NCBI GenBank assembly: GCA_026026165.1
Contig: JAPEUD010000032.1
Span: 1-64,000, forward strand
Length of the DNA: 64,000 nucleotides
Origin: Sarea resinae
Taxonomy: Eukaryota
Reading direction: 5' to 3'
The translations under genes and the position numbers were made by a program. Below the pieces are notes generated by a model, which saw only the letters and a program-made list of their open reading frames with translations, made no database searches and was not told the DNA's origin. Positions 14,221 through 27,795 of the stretch are shown one piece after another; position 1 is the first letter of the stretch; every line of letters begins with the position of its first letter.

Positions 14221-14885
14221 TGCGGCGACGGCTGTCCCTAGGGGCGTGGAGATTGGAGGCTGGCGATTGAGCTTTGAATCACATGGACTACAAGAAAAGT
14301 TCAATGACTGCTTCTACGAGTATATGAGACTGATTTGGCGAGAAAGGCAGAGGTTGTACGAACGAGGTTGTCGTCCCAGGGCAAGTTTCAACCTGGAGTC
14401 GAGGGAGCCCTACGACGTCACTACGACTACTGCAGGCATTGGGTTCCTGGATTAGCGGCGGAAGCGTGGGATTAGAACTACCACGCCTCCTTAGTAAGGT
14501 AGCCAATACCTCCTTATCATGAACGTCAAGCCTCTCGCAGCTCCACCGTCGCAGTGCACTTCAATCGGAGCATTTCGGTCATTCAGAGCGTCAATCGAAG
14601 GCCAGCGGATGCATCGACTGTAAGAGACACTGACGGGATCCAGAGCAGTGATGACTTGAGATTGAGTGAGCTGTGCTGGTATACGCTGTAGTAGGGTATG
14701 CTCGATTGGTGATATGCTGAGTAACTGCATCGATACGTACCCCGCGATGATGCCATTTGTACCTATTCTATGTCCACAGCTTTCGAGCTTCAATTCTTTC
14801 TCCCTTGCTTCTAACCTGGCGCGCTTCTATCGAGGAATAATTGCAATCGACATCTACTGCTCGCACATCCATCATCTCCATGAGC

Positions 14886-15896
14886 ATGGCATCAGTACTC
14901 CCACGAGCTGCGCCCAGGGCGCTCGCCCGCTTTTCTGCACCTCTCCTTCGCCCCCAGGCCTCACTCTCACGCCCCGCCACGCCCCTCTTCCGTCGATATC
15001 TGGCCACAGCAACGGAAGAGCAGCCGCGATTGCGATTAGGATCAACAGGTATGACCAGAACTTTGCCAATTGACGCCTCTGCTAAGGCGCAAATGCGTTG
15101 CTCCAGCTCCGAACTTCAAAGCCAAGACGACCCAAGGCGACATCGACTTCCACCAATTCATTGGCGACAAATGGGTGGTCCTTTTCTCGCACCCGGCCGA
15201 TTTCACTCCCGTATGCACGACCGAGCTTGGGGCATTCGCCAAGTTGAAGCCCGAATTCGACAAGCGGGGCGTCAAGCTGATTGGACTGGTGAGCTGTTCC
15301 TGATCGTGGCACCAAAGCAATCTTTCGACTGACGTGGTGCCCATAGAGCGCAAACGATCTCGGATCTCATGATCGCTGGATCTCGGATATCAACGAGATC
15401 TCAAACTCGAACCTCCAATTCCCCATCATTGCCGATGCGGACCGGAAAGTGGCATATTTGTATGACATGGTCGACCAGCAAGATCTAAGCAACATTGACG
15501 AGAAGGGTATCGCCTTTACGATCCGCTCCGTCTTCGTCATCGATCCCAACAAGAAGATCCGTCTCACGATGCTCTATCCGGCCTCCACCGGACGCAATTC
15601 CATGGAGGTCCTGAGAGTCGTCGACTCATTGCAGACGGGAGATAAGAAGGGAGTCACGACTCCGATTGACTGGCTGTAAGTCCATCCGCGAGACCGAGTT
15701 ATCCGGGCCATACTGACGTCGGTGTTCAGGCCGGGTGAAGATGTCATTGTACCCCCCACCGTGTCGACAGCAGACGCCAAGAAGAAATTTGGCGACGTCC
15801 GCGAAGTCAAGCCGTAGGTCTCTCCGACATGGATCTGCCGATATCTACTGACTGTCAAACCGCAGCTACCTGCGATTCACCAACGTTGCAAAGTAA
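14886..15896 (+). CDS. PRX1: Mitochondrial 1-Cys peroxiredoxin
   Basis: Arg-rich targeting peptide, [27 protein letters not shown], ends YLRFTNVAK*. Confidence 0.93.
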
Positions 15897-16567
15897 GGCG
15901 ATGAGAGAAGATGTGATGTAATCTGCATGCCATGTTCTTATTTTAGATATCGAAGCTTCCTGTTTCAACGCTTTCATGTTTGATACCCTTTTGCCCTGAT
16001 ATGGTAGGCTGAATGCTGCAAGTATTTTGATGTGAGACGTTGCTTTGTCCTCAGTAGTCTTTTCTCGTGGTCTTGTTGTCTTGTTGGCTCGTTTGGCTCG
16101 TATAGCCACCGAATGAGCGAAGGCGTATCTTGGGCCGCAATATCTAATTCCGTTGCGCCAAATCGTCGATCTGCCAATGCTGATCATCTCCACGACAGGC
16201 CTGACAGGCCTGGTGGCTGGGTGCTGCGCCGCCCTACTGAAGTAGATGAATATTCCCTTGCAAGTACCACTTACGCCCCACTACCTTGCCTACTCCAGGT
16301 ACATCGTAGCGCCAACATCTCAGGTAAATGCTTACAGACTCTTGGCTGAACCCTCGTGCGCCCGCCAGACGGCAGAGAATGGGGCGGAGGGAATCATTAT
16401 AGAAAGAATTGGGAGGACCGGATTCTTCCATGTTGCAATCATATAGAACTACTGCAAGCATCCAGACGTTTTCTGCCATCTCTGTTTTCGATACCTTTAT
16501 CCGTCCCGTGCTATCCCATATCTCGCCTTCCTGCGACTGTTGATGAACGTCCATCGCTGTTCCATAG

Positions 16568-18206
16568 ATGCGACCGAAGATGGCGGTCAGCGAGGACGGC
16601 GTCTATTCGCACCTCACCCGGGACAGTGGAGAGGAGAAGCGCTTGGATGACCATCTTCCTCCTAAGGCTTTCCGAGTCAACGACAGCCGCGACGCGGCTC
16701 CCTCGATCGGCTTACCGTATGGCCATGGCCGTGGCAGACTTGGCCTGTATTTCCGACTCTTCTTTCCACTCGTCTCTCGATATAGACCGGAAATCATGAC
16801 GTTCATAGTGGGGCTGGGCCCAGCAATTGCGGTGTTGGTCTACCTGACGACCTATGTTCGCGCCGGTCTCGACGGCGCTGGACAGTCATTGTGTGGCATC
16901 CGAGACGGCGTTTTGAATGCTCCCAGCTGGGACGTATATGGCGGTCCAATTTCCGGGGCAACATCGGAAGGAATGGGCGGCACTGATTCCGATTTCGTTC
17001 GACATGTACTTGCCCACAGCTCCTTCTATAGCATCAACTTGATATGGGGCCACTACAGCTTCATGGCTGCCAAGGCCATTGATCTCACGTGGGACGTTCT
17101 GGTCGGAAAAGGAGGATCAATGGCCCTTGCCTGGGTGACCTATCGCGTCTCTACAACGGCTCTCCTTTCCATGGCCGAAGACTCTTCGGTGGCATACGAG
17201 CTGTATGCGTCTCTGTCAAATGCGACTCTTGGTTTTCTGTCTTTATGGCAGCTTTGTAAAGAGTTGTTCTCGCATAGAGGACATAGATTCATTATCCTCG
17301 GACTCGTGCTGGGATTTACGTGGACGATGTCATTTTCGACATTCATGAGTGCCATGACAGGATATTATGCGCCCACAGAAACGTATTATCGAGTACAACA
17401 GGGGTCGCTTGCCTCATTCGCAGACTTCAACACCGCGAGATATACGAGGGGCGTTTTCCAAATTGTAGATGGCGACAGGATCGGTCTTTCTAGCAACTAC
17501 ACTGTCTCTAATGTCACCGATCCTGCCCTTTGGCAGACGTTCCAGAATTGTGCGTTCTGCTCTTCGTACTGTGCTGCTCCCAACTAATGCAGTCACAGAT
17601 TCTCTCTACACCCATAACAACCAAGAAGAATACCAACGGAATGGCGGCGCAGAACTGGAAGCACTGCTTCATCCCTCGGCCCCAGCACCCCTTACCATCA
17701 ACGGGACCACCTACAACCTAACGGCCCTCAAGCCTAATCTCACTATTACGGGAGATTTGTTCCTCTACTCAGATGGCGAGCTCTACAACGGCAGCTACAA
17801 TAATTATGCCTGTATCAGCGGCAGCCGCTACGCGTGGGGATTCTCGGGCTGGCTCCTTATCTTCGCCGTCTCATTCCACGGTGCCTGGTGTCTGCTCATG
17901 TATGCCATCCACAGCTACTCTGTGCGAAGGAGCGAGCTGTGCCGTGTTGGGCGCCGGCTGGGCCCGTTGAGAGCTACCATCGATCTGTCCGAGGCCATCG
18001 AACAGGTGCTGGGAAGTGATATCTGCGCGTATTCTGAGCTGGAGCTGACGACCGCCTTGCATGCGAGGGAGATGAAGGTCAGGTATCGGGTTCGGGAGGC
18101 CAAAGACAAGCGGCCCGCGCACATTGGGTTGGTGGCTGAGGCGGGGCAAGGAGGTGAGAGATTGAGGCTGGATGATGGAGAAGTGTATGGAAGGAGAAAA
18201 GCCTGA
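16568..18206 (+). CDS. Hypothetical multi-pass membrane protein (2 exons)
   Basis: Two long overlapping ORFs joinable through a GT..AG intron near 17550-17598; hydrophobic segments; AKAIDLTWDVLVGKGG and YAWGFS motifs. Confidence 0.65.
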
Positions 18207-19924
18207 TGAAGGAGTCGCGGGCGCCTTGGAGTACATGGAGTTGATTTGGGTAAAGTAGGCAGATGACCGTCCATGAAGATAAAGATTATACATATCATGA
18301 TACCCCATAGATCAGATAGTACATGATATCGAATGAATCAGATTGTACCTCAGCACACGATACGCAGTCCTCGCGCCTGCACGCAGCGCCTGTTGGCCAA
18401 CCGTCGACCCAAATTCACAGCTCTCCTACCAAACCAAGCCATATATACCAAGGAGACGGCTCTTCCCTCGTCAGTGATCCAAACCATACCGGCCGCCTAG
18501 TCATAACTTTTGCAATGACCCAGGTCCCACCACTGTTGATCTGCGCCACCTCGCCAAAAATGTTCAAAATCCATATGATTAAACTGCGCGAGCGGTACCC
18601 CGTCCCCTCCACCCACCCCGCCCCCTTCCACACCTGTTATCCTAGGACGAGTGTGGAGAAGGTGGGCTAGGGGGTGAGGGCGACTGGTGGGTGCCCTCCA
18701 CCATGCAGATCGTGGAAAGAGGCCGCAGGGAGGTTCTGGGAACTCCAAAAGGAAGCTACGATAGGTGTATGGGGTGAGACAATATTTTTTCGAATTTTGT
18801 TTTATCATCGTTCTCATCGTCATTGATTTATCTGGTGGTAATAGTGATGTGAGTGAGTGTGTAAGTCGGCCTATCTATCTATCGAGTATGGATAAGGTAT
18901 AATAGATGGCTAGATATAGTGATCGTCAATAGTAGTAGTAGTAAATTGGAGCCTGCTTTCTCTTGCTAATGTTGCCAACCTCACCTAAGTCACATCATCA
19001 ATATACTACTTTACTAAATTACTTTACAGATCCCTTCATCTTGCGCACCTTACTGTTGTATGTTCAGCATCTATCCTGATCTATCGTTCAGATTATAGGA
19101 AGGCTGAGTGTGGGAGTTATCATGACTCCCAACTCGATCGCTCAACTCCCTCACGCCCAACACAATATACACAATCAACAAGGGTCGAGGAGGGGTAAAA
19201 GGTACATGTGGGCGGTGAGCAGGGCTGGAGGTCGAGCGTTCGAATCTTGCTGGAGTTTTTACTTGACTTTCTGGTTGATTTCATTCATCTTTGGTGTTTC
19301 TTATTGGTGGGTGGGAGTGGGAGTTGGGGTTGTGAATGTTGTGTTTCTTTGACGATTCCGTTCGCATGTCGCTCAGGAAGACTCACCCACCTCCCTTGCT
19401 ATCGAACTGCTGGGCGACTGAATGCTGCTTGTGAAATATCAGATTTACTACTCTCACTTCTGTAGTTGAGCCCTACTACTCTACTCTACCTCTGTGGAAT
19501 ATATGCTCGGATGACATCGGTGCAGATAGCTGCCTGTCAGAGAATCACTTACCCAAACTGCTTGGAGGTGGGTGAGTCTTCCTGAGCGACAAGGAGAAGT
19601 CCACAGCACCCCTAGATGCCAGTAGTGAGCTCGGCTGACAGAATTCCAGGGTTCTTATATAGTGGGCCACAGTGAGAGCAGAGCCTAATGCAGGACGTGA
19701 TGCAGGCCTAATCATTCATGTAGATCGGTGGCATAGGCGCATGCGGTGGGTGACATGGTGAGGTGGCTGCCTGCGTGGATTCGCTATATCCCGGAAGGGC
19801 AGCTGTGCTATACGATAAGGCGAAGTCGATGGATTATCTATAAAGAGAGCTCACGATCTATATGATACTCCTCCCTGCAGTCAAACTGCAGTGTATCATC
19901 ACCTCCTAGGTCACATAGGCTATC

Positions 19925-21724
19925 ATGACGACAATTCAGGAGCCTCCAATATTTGATATCTTGAAAGCAACCGCTACCGATCTCCGCGCCTCTCTTGAGA
20001 ATGGCGAATTAACAAGTGTCCAAATAGTCACACGGTGTCTCGAGCAGATCGAAAAGCACAATCGCGCCGGTCTTGGACTTCGCGCCGTCATCTCAGCCGC
20101 GCCAAGAGACATTGTCATTGCCCAGGCTGAACAGCTCGACCTAGAGCGCGCCAATGGCAAACTCCGCGGTCCGCTACATGGCATTCCTATCATTGTTAAA
20201 GATGCGATGATGACCTCTGCAGCGTCTGGAATGCCTACCACGGCTGGCGCTGTCGCTTTCGAGGACTGCTATGCAAAGCAAAATGCCCCCGCCATTGAGT
20301 CTCTCCTCCAGCAGGGCCTTATCATCCTCGCAAAAGCTAGCATGACAGAGTTCTGCGGCCATAAAGCCACCTGCATGACGGCCGGCTGGTGTGCAATCAA
20401 TGGGCAGACTCAGTCTGCGTATATCAAGGGCGGGGTACGTGAAGACGATCTGTTCATGGGCCGCTCGACCCCCGGCGGCTCATCGACCGGATCTGCAGTC
20501 GGGGTCTCCGCAGGGTTTGCGCCGCTCTCGTTGGGGACCGATACGTCCGGGTCAATCTGCATGCCGGCTAACAGAGCGGGCTTGTATTCGATAAAAGCAA
20601 CTCAAGGCTCTATTCTTATGGATGGCGTCTTTGCATTGAGCCGGGATTTTGATGCCATCGGGGCAATGGCTAAATCTCCGCATGATCTCGCACTGATAAT
20701 GGATGCTCTCAATGGCTCCATGACCGGGCACTCGGGCAAAGCAGGCTGGAGTGATGTTGCCGTCGGATTTGTCGATCCTACCATCTGGGATGCTCTCCAG
20801 TTCCAGCGTTCTCGCGAGGGAGACGTGGAAAAACAGATTGTGCGTTTTCCTGCTAGACCATGCTATTCGAATTTAAGACTAAAACATATAGCTCACTGGA
20901 TATGAATGGGCCATGGCCCAAATCCGCCAGCGCGGCGGCAAAGTTGCCTACCCCGTCGAGCTGCCCACGAGAGAGAAGCTTTTCTACAAAGGAAAGAGCG
21001 TGCTTCACTCCGTCGCATGTAGGTCTTTCAAAACGAACCCCATCTCCCAAATCCCCCTTTTCCCACCCTTCAACAGTCGGTCACAAAAGCCGTCTATTGA
21101 CCTATGGCCACACACAGTCAAGCAATTCCCCTCCCTCTTCCAAGACTTTTGCTCAGGCCTTGACAACCCCAAGGTCCACTCCCTACCCGAGCTGATCCAA
21201 TTCAACAAAGACAACGCGAGCCGCGCAATGCCCGAGCGTAAGCAACAGCCCCCATCTCCCCTCCTCTCTACCTCCCTCCTCCAACCTCATTCCCCCACCT
21301 CCTCGCCACCGCTCGCTCACTCACAGCCCCCACCACCCAAACAGCACACCCCAACCAAAGCGACCTCCTCGCCAGCCTCGCCAGCACGATGACCTCCGCC
21401 GACGCCGCAGCAGCCACAACGCACGGCCGCCGCCTCGCCCGCGCCGCCATCGACCACGCCCTCGCCCTGCACGGCGTCGACTTCCTCCTCGGCCCCGGCG
21501 ACTGCTCCATCTGCGGGCCCGCGTCTCTGGCCGGCTACCCGACCGCCATGGTGCCGCTGGGCGTCTTGCACGGGGACCAGGGCATGGGCCAGCCGCAGGG
21601 CCTCATGATGCTTGGTCCGGCGGGGTCTGAGGGAACGATGCTGCGTTTTATGGGTCTTTGGGCGGATGTGGTGGGGGCGTGGGAAGTGCCTGCGTTGTTG
21701 AGGGATGAGGAGGAGGGGGTTTGA
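19925..21724 (+). CDS. Amidase signature family enzyme (multi-exon)
   Basis: GPLHGIPIIVKD (catalytic Lys), PGGSSTGS, LGTDTSGS (Ser-cisSer-Lys triad motifs), AGYPTAMVPLG; TATAAAAG at about 19839. Confidence 0.9.
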
Positions 21725-22081
21725 GGGTGTGAGCGAGCGAGCGAGTAGGTAGGTAAATGTGATGGATGGATGCGGTTTTGAGTCTAGAGCTACGTTTGGA
21801 GAGCACTGATTGACTGATTTATTGATTGATTGAGCCAGCCCATCCATACATATACGCATGGGACTCGCATACAAATATATATATCTATTCCCAGTAATCT
21901 TCTCCATTTACATGGCGACTCACTCACTCACTTACTCACTGTAGTAGTTAATGTCCACGCAGAGACGACGAGGGACCTAAGAATGTGCATTCTGAACCTC
22001 CTCCCCCTGACTACCGCGCGGACAACTATCCTACTCCCATCTCACACTCCCCCTTTTCCTTTCTTTTCATCTTGTTTTCTT

Positions 22082-23965
22082 TCACACATCCACAAAGCCC
22101 GTCTCAGTACCGGTAGAACTGCTAGTTCGAGAGCTCTGCTGCTGCTGCTGCTGCTCCTCCTCCACCACCACCGCCTCCGCTGCCGCCGACGATGATGATG
22201 ATGACAACGACGATGATATCGACGGCAATGACCACACCACGGCCGCCAACCCCGCATCCGCTATATAGACCACCGTCTGCCACTCATCCAGCAGGAACCA
22301 CCGCGTGCGCCACAAACGAGACAGCATATCGCGACCGTAGGCATCGCGGGCGTTGGTGGTGGTGCTGGCCGTGCCGCTGCTACTACTCCTACGACTACTA
22401 CGGCTCCACGAGAGAAATACCACCGCGTCCAAGATCCCGAGACAGAGGATATACGCCACGAGAGCTAAGAGGGCGCACCAGGCCACGAGGACGGAGGTTC
22501 TTGTCGCGCGGGCCCGTACGTGTATATCCTGGCTCTGTCGTTGGCGTTGGCGTTGTCGTTGCTGGTGATGGTGCTGGATATCGTTTCCGGCGTCGGTGTC
22601 GGTGTCGATGTCGGTGGTGCTGGAGGAGGTAAAAGTGGAGGAGCCAGAGGTGTTAGACCGCCTCCGCCTCCGGCGCAGGAGGAGCAGCAGCCAGCTCACG
22701 CGACCGAGCAGCAGCGCGTGATAGGTCAGCATCAGGACGGCGGCGACCATGGTCCACAGCAGCGCAAGCGAGTCGCGGTCTTCGTCTCGAGCGCGCAGGA
22801 GCTCGTTTTCGCGCGCGGCGGAGATGACGAAGATCAGCGTCGCGGTTGCTAAGTGGGTGGTGAGTCGAGGAGTATTTAGCATTGCCGTCCCCTTTTTCGT
22901 GGTCGGAGGGCTTCTGGGGGCTTGATGACTGCTGTTGCTGTTGCTACCACTATCGCTATTGCGCCGACATAGTGCCGCCACGGCATAAGAACAGCCGAGA
23001 AATGTGGCGGCATTTCGAGAGGCGACAAGGAATATCGAGAGCGCGCGTAGGGCGCGGCATTGGTCTTCGTAGCCGTGGCGGTTGAGATAGACCAGATTGG
23101 CCCACGAGATCAGCGTCTGGCTGGCCACGAGCCAAGTCAACGCCACGGCTAGCAGGGTGTGAGGACACTTCATCGCTCCGCGTGCAGATGAGGAGCTATA
23201 GGAAGAGAAGAAGAAGTAGCTTGATGTGCTAGCGGTCCCAGCAGCCAGGCCACCGAACATGAGGAAGGTCGAGAATTGAAGCTTGCCGAACTGGATAGCG
23301 GGCAGTTTGCCGTGGCGGGTCTCGAACCGTACCCAAGCTTCAAATTCATCCGCCGTGTAGCTGAGCGCCTCGACGCAATACTTGCCCGAGTGGCGGACGG
23401 GGAAGACGATGGGATCGGATGACTGGGCGAGGTGGACGGCTTGGGTCAATATCGGAAAGGAGGCCTCGTTCATGCGGCCGAGGAACGAGCCGTATTCTTC
23501 GTCTGTGCAAAGCCCGGCGCCGATGGCCTCGTGGCTACATACGTATTGCATCTACGGCAAGCAGTCCGTCAGTCTCATCTGTCTGGCTTGGCACAAGGGG
23601 CGAGATCAGATGCGGTGTCGTCAGACCTTCCCATTGAATTCCAGGCCGCCCAGGTCGCCGTCGGTCTCGTGGAAAATGGCCACGCTCACGATAGGGTCGC
23701 CTTCTAGCCCTGTTGCTGGCGCTTTAAACTGCAAAGTAATCTCGGGAGGTAGTGGCGATTCTGACGCGAATTTTTGCGGCCATGAGCGACCGCCAAAGAT
23801 CTCAAGACAATAATGCCAGGTGGCTTGAGACTGGTTTTGATTCTGTCAAGGATCGTCAGCAGCGGACTCTCCAGCTTAGAGCGCAGTATTTACTAGGAAA
23901 AATCTGTTTGCTGTGCAACATGTGGGCAGCCATGCCAGGAGGCAGAAGGAGAGAAACGGCCGCAT
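22082..23965 (-). CDS. Divergent PTM1-like (GOST / lung seven-TM family) membrane protein
   Basis: Spliced signal peptide MRPFLSFCLLAWLPTCC, then GDPIVSVAIFHETD, YVCSHEAIGAGLC, SGKYCV, HGKLPA, LVYLNRHG and WRTRWFLLDEW, resembling PTM1; contains low-complexity insertions. Confidence 0.7.
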
Positions 23966-25206
23966 CGTGGCCAGGCTTGCACCTTTTTCCTCTAATTCTA
24001 TCAAATCTCAAGGGAGCAATGGATCCCTCATTGATTTCTGGGGAGCTGTCTGCTTGGCATCATCTTCGAGTTCCTTGTGCTTGAGATGACAGAGTCAATT
24101 GGCCTCGGACAAAAGGTCGGAGCGACAGAAACACGGAACAATTAGGAAAACATGCTGATAGACGATAGCATAGACAGTGATTTGCCGGCCCCCTACCGAC
24201 GTGCTCGTCAGTATCAACGTGTGGGACATCCTTTAGGCCTACTCTGTCAGTATTGAGAGCACCGAATTGGCGTTCAGAGAATGTCCCCTGGCCAAACAGC
24301 TGTCCACACGGTATTCCACCGGCAAATCGGCAACTTCGTGGCTCTCAAAGAGCATGTCTCAAGCTAAAGTCACAATCCAGAATTCTTCCTAGCCTTCTGT
24401 CATGCATGCCAGCACAAGAGACGCGAATGAAGACGGCAAATGAGGACGGCATCAGCGGACGACTATTGCATCTTGTGGTCGGCGAAGCTTGACGTGACGA
24501 GGCGTCAAGCTACTGTACGCGGCAAGCCATGTCACCATGCGAAGCTTAAGTCATGCAGGCTCCGGGGTGGCTTATCGATCACGCAGCCTTGGCAATTCAA
24601 GCTTCTGACTAGGGCCGGAGTTCCCCTGCTCGGTTGATGTGGGGTATGTCGGGATCTCGCGAGCGCATGATCTGCAAGGTATGGATCCTTGTAAAGTCCG
24701 AAGTACTTCGTATTCGCATTTGGTGCCTTATCTCACGGCCCTAGAGCTGCATTGACTGGCATTGCCAGGCGTTGGGAGCTCGCATTCTGTGCCTCATGCT
24801 GCCCATGCATAAGATACCTCCCTCATTCATTCATTTGATAAGCCTGCCGGAGAAGTTTAGTCCCAGACCTCTTGACTTCATGTGTGAATCCTCTACCCGC
24901 CGGTCTAATTGGCGTATGAAGGTTAGCAGATAGACTCAACGCCGATCGATGTGTGCCGCGCTGGTACATGTCGTGAAGGAAAGTGGCCTTCCGATAGAAT
25001 TTCTGTATTGGGGATCAAGAGGGGTGAGATGCAACCTGCTTGGCCTTTTCGATGTCCAAAAGACGGGAATCGCTGGCTCACTCGCCTCCTGAACAGAAGG
25101 CTTCCTCCTTCTCCCCTTTCTCCCCATCGCATCGGTTCGAGGGGTCCTCTTCTCTCAGCTTCTTGACGTTCGCAAGCCCAAAGTCAGGTCGACTCAATTC
25201 TCCAAC

Positions 25207-26197
25207 ATGATAGCTGGCACACAAGCTTATTCGCGAGTCCCCTCCGAGGAGGAGCCTCTGCAATTTGAAAAGGACCCAAACTCAACGCTGAAACGTTGGA
25301 GGCGATTTCGAAGCTGTCTCAATTGTCGTACGCCATGGCTTCTCGCTTTGTCAGCGACCTTCTTCTGCTCTTCGTTTTTAGTTCTTCTGCTCGCGTATCG
25401 TATCAAACCCAGTGACCGTCGCTGTCTGGAGAAGATGTCTGCCATTTGTTAGTCCAAGGAATTCCTGGTGAAAGGTGCACTTTTATGGCTCGAGGCTGAC
25501 ACGAGGAGTACTTCAGCACCCGTCTTCGAGGCAGTTGAATATGAATGGCGTACCTTTGAAAATGATTTCTTCCACCCGTCTATCTATAGGGGTCCCCCTA
25601 CAGCGGAGCTGGAGAAAGCATGGGACGATCTCTGGAACTGTAAGTCAAAGATCCAGTACTGTCGATAATTCGTCGGTCTGATTCCACCCCCAGATGGGGC
25701 TTTCAGTGTGCCATCTGAGATGCTGCCTAAACTCAATAAGTCGACCACTGGGTGGCGGGAGGTCCCAGCGGAGAAAGGCGGCGGTGTAGCAGGTTTGCTC
25801 GAAGGCTTTCATCAGATCCATTGTCTGGTAAGTCAAGGAGTGTCTTGCACCATGGCAGGGCCGCGCATTTATCTGACTCGCGAGTCAGAACTTAATTCGA
25901 CAATACACCTATCGTGACCAGTGGGATTATAGCGGTTTGCCGTCCTTTGACGGCACCCCATCGCTAGTACGGCATCATGTAGATCACTGCATCGAGACGC
26001 TCCGTATCAACCTGATGTGCACAGCAGACGTTACCCCGTATCTGATCCAGCTCAATCCTCAGCGACGACTAGGAGAAGACCCCAATTTCAATACATTGCA
26101 TAAGTGCCGAAATTGGGACAAGATCGTAGACTGGGCTAAGGAGCACGAGGTATTTCGAGGTGTTGATCCACATTCGGCGCATACGGATCATAATTGA
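25207..26197 (+). CDS. DUF3328/UstYa-like oxidase #1 (4 exons)
   Basis: N-terminal TM helix, YRGPPTAELEKAWDDL, FHQIHCL, HVDHCIETLRINLMCTAD, HKCRNWD. Confidence 0.93.
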
Positions 26198-26563
26198 GGG
26201 CGTGAAGACATCTAGATAATGATCAGCTGCGAACATTTTTAAACAAATGAAATGCCATTGAGTTTAGCTAGCCCTGGTCAAATCTGAATTTACCTGAGCG
26301 ATATGGAGTATTCCACATAGTATAGGACTGTTTCAGTCCAGAGAGCGCAATGCCTTCCAAATCATTGGCTCATGAATTTTCACATTCGGATCACTCCCAC
26401 CCGACAAACAGGGTACTGATATCTGGTACGGATAGAATGCATACCTCTGTGAATATATATATATGATCCAACTCGTCTGCCTCCTCCCTAAGACGATAAC
26501 TGCTGCGATACCACAGAGGACGCAACTGAACAGAAACATTCAAAAGAAGCCTCTTCTATCAGA

Positions 26564-27646
26564 ATGGACGTCCAGCGTTTGGCCTGGCGTGAATCGTTCG
26601 CAATTCCTCGTCGAGCATGGATCACACATCTTGCTTTCTTCGCCGTTTCGTTGTTCTTCGGCGCTCTAGTTCCCTCATCCAGGAGCGTGTGCACGTCCAA
26701 GCTGGTCCATAGCCACGAATCCTGTCCCACAGCCCATGCTATCCCCATTCCCCATCCAGAACCTGCTTCCGCTTCCAGACATGAAGACACCAGAACGCCC
26801 TTCGAGCTTCCTGTTTTCCAAGCGGACATTGGCCAAGGCAGCTATGGTGACGATACACCGTCCACATCTGGCCACCAGTATGAATTCGTACGTTTCAACG
26901 GCAACCCGGACGCCAAAAGCCCTTACAAGGGGCCTCCGACACCCGCGGTTGATGCCGCGTGGGATAGTCTTTGGGCTGCAAACATGGTCATTTCTGGGGA
27001 ACTGTATGCCTCCACGGAACCGGAGTATCCGGCAGCCGGGGTGAAAGACTCTACTCGGGAAGACGCCTTCTTCGCCACATTTGAGGCAACGCATCAGTTG
27101 CATTGCTTGGTGAATTCACCCTTTCCTGAGACATCGCCAAGGTCTGGTATCTGAAGCAATTCTGACGCGAACATGCTTTGCAGTACACTCTCTTCCGCGC
27201 ATCGTACGTCGATTATTACGAGCCAGAGCGGAAATTCATGCAACATGATCCGGATCGGTATCACGCGCGACTAGGTAGTTCACCCAGGCTTTACTCCACC
27301 CCCCAATCGATGTTATGGCGGTAATTTCGGGACCGCTGACTGAAGGATGCAACGAGTAGATCACTGCACAGACATCTTGCGCCAGAAGCTTATGTGGTAC
27401 GTCAACCGTCAAAGCTTGTGGCGCGCCCGTGCCCTGCGAGTTGCTGATGTCAATCACAGTGATAGCGATGCTAGCGTGGCGACGTACAACTGGGTGCGAG
27501 GCAAGCAAGGTCCGGTTGCCAATTACAATGTTCTACATAGATGCCGCAAGCACGAAGTTTTGCTCCGTTGGGGTGAAAAGCATGCGGCGACAGGCGCTGT
27601 GTTCAACAGAACCGACGCTGCAAAGGAACTGGATAAAGATCCCTAG
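26564..27646 (+). CDS. DUF3328/UstYa-like oxidase #2
   Basis: YKGPPTPAVDAAWDSL, THQLHCL, spliced RL|DHCTDILRQKLMC, HRCRK. Confidence 0.9.
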
Positions 27647-27795
27647 CGAGAGGACAATTGAAAATTTCTCAGGGGAATAGTCACGTTGGTAGAGGCCTTG
27701 CATTTCTAAGGTGCACAACTAGAGCTAGTCTTAATCTGATTTCTGCCTGCCTTCCCCCAGAGATCATTGATGCGTGCGTGTCTCATTGTCGAGCC

